From NCBI GenBank assembly GCA_012295275.1, contig CM022676.1, positions 2,418,001 to 2,482,000 of the forward strand: a stretch of 64,000 nt of DNA. Reading direction: 5' to 3'. This stretch comes from Chrysomallon squamiferum (lineage: Eukaryota; Animalia; Mollusca). Shown piece after piece: positions 63,861-64,000 of this stretch. The notes beneath the pieces were generated by a model. The model did no database searches. It was not told where the DNA came from and saw nothing but the letters and a program-made list of their open reading frames with translations. The translations under genes were made by a program, and so were the position numbers. Each line of letters opens with the position of its first letter. Position 1 is the first letter of the stretch.

Positions 63861-64000
63861 ATAAAGTGACGTTTTTTCAGGGTTTTTTATGGCTTTTGAT
63901 GCATTCATTACACTTGTGACATGTACATTTATAGTATGAACTATTTTATAACATTGTTTGTGTATTGATATACAGTACAGACGTGTTAACAACAACATCT

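Overview
AT-rich, microsatellite-dense eukaryotic genomic DNA. It is probably lophotrochozoan/molluscan, inferred only from the gene families and repeats, and has a 200-N gap at 27422-27621. Most ORF-track entries are microsatellite artefacts. Reading splice sites by hand shows a heavily rearranged cluster of two-Ig-domain receptor genes with this plan: 55-nt phase-1 leader exon, V-like Ig exon, C2/I-like Ig exon, TM exon, Tyr-motif cytoplasmic exon. Three near-complete copies are present (+30.3-34.1 kb, -56.6-54.4 kb, +60.2-63.4 kb), each with a lesion. There are also orphan promoter+leader cassettes (1-6 kb), orphan TM and tail exons, and two copies of a partial C-type lectin gene. In one copy a deletion has placed the lectin exons in phase with an Ig-C exon and a TM exon (-11.7 to 9.2 kb). 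The locus is shaped by a ~4.85-kb-period direct duplication, a ~7-kb high-identity inverted duplication, a ~7-kb compound satellite, hAT and MULE remnants, and two BTB-BACK pseudogene fragments. Exon coordinates were counted by eye and may be off by a few bases. No database search was run.
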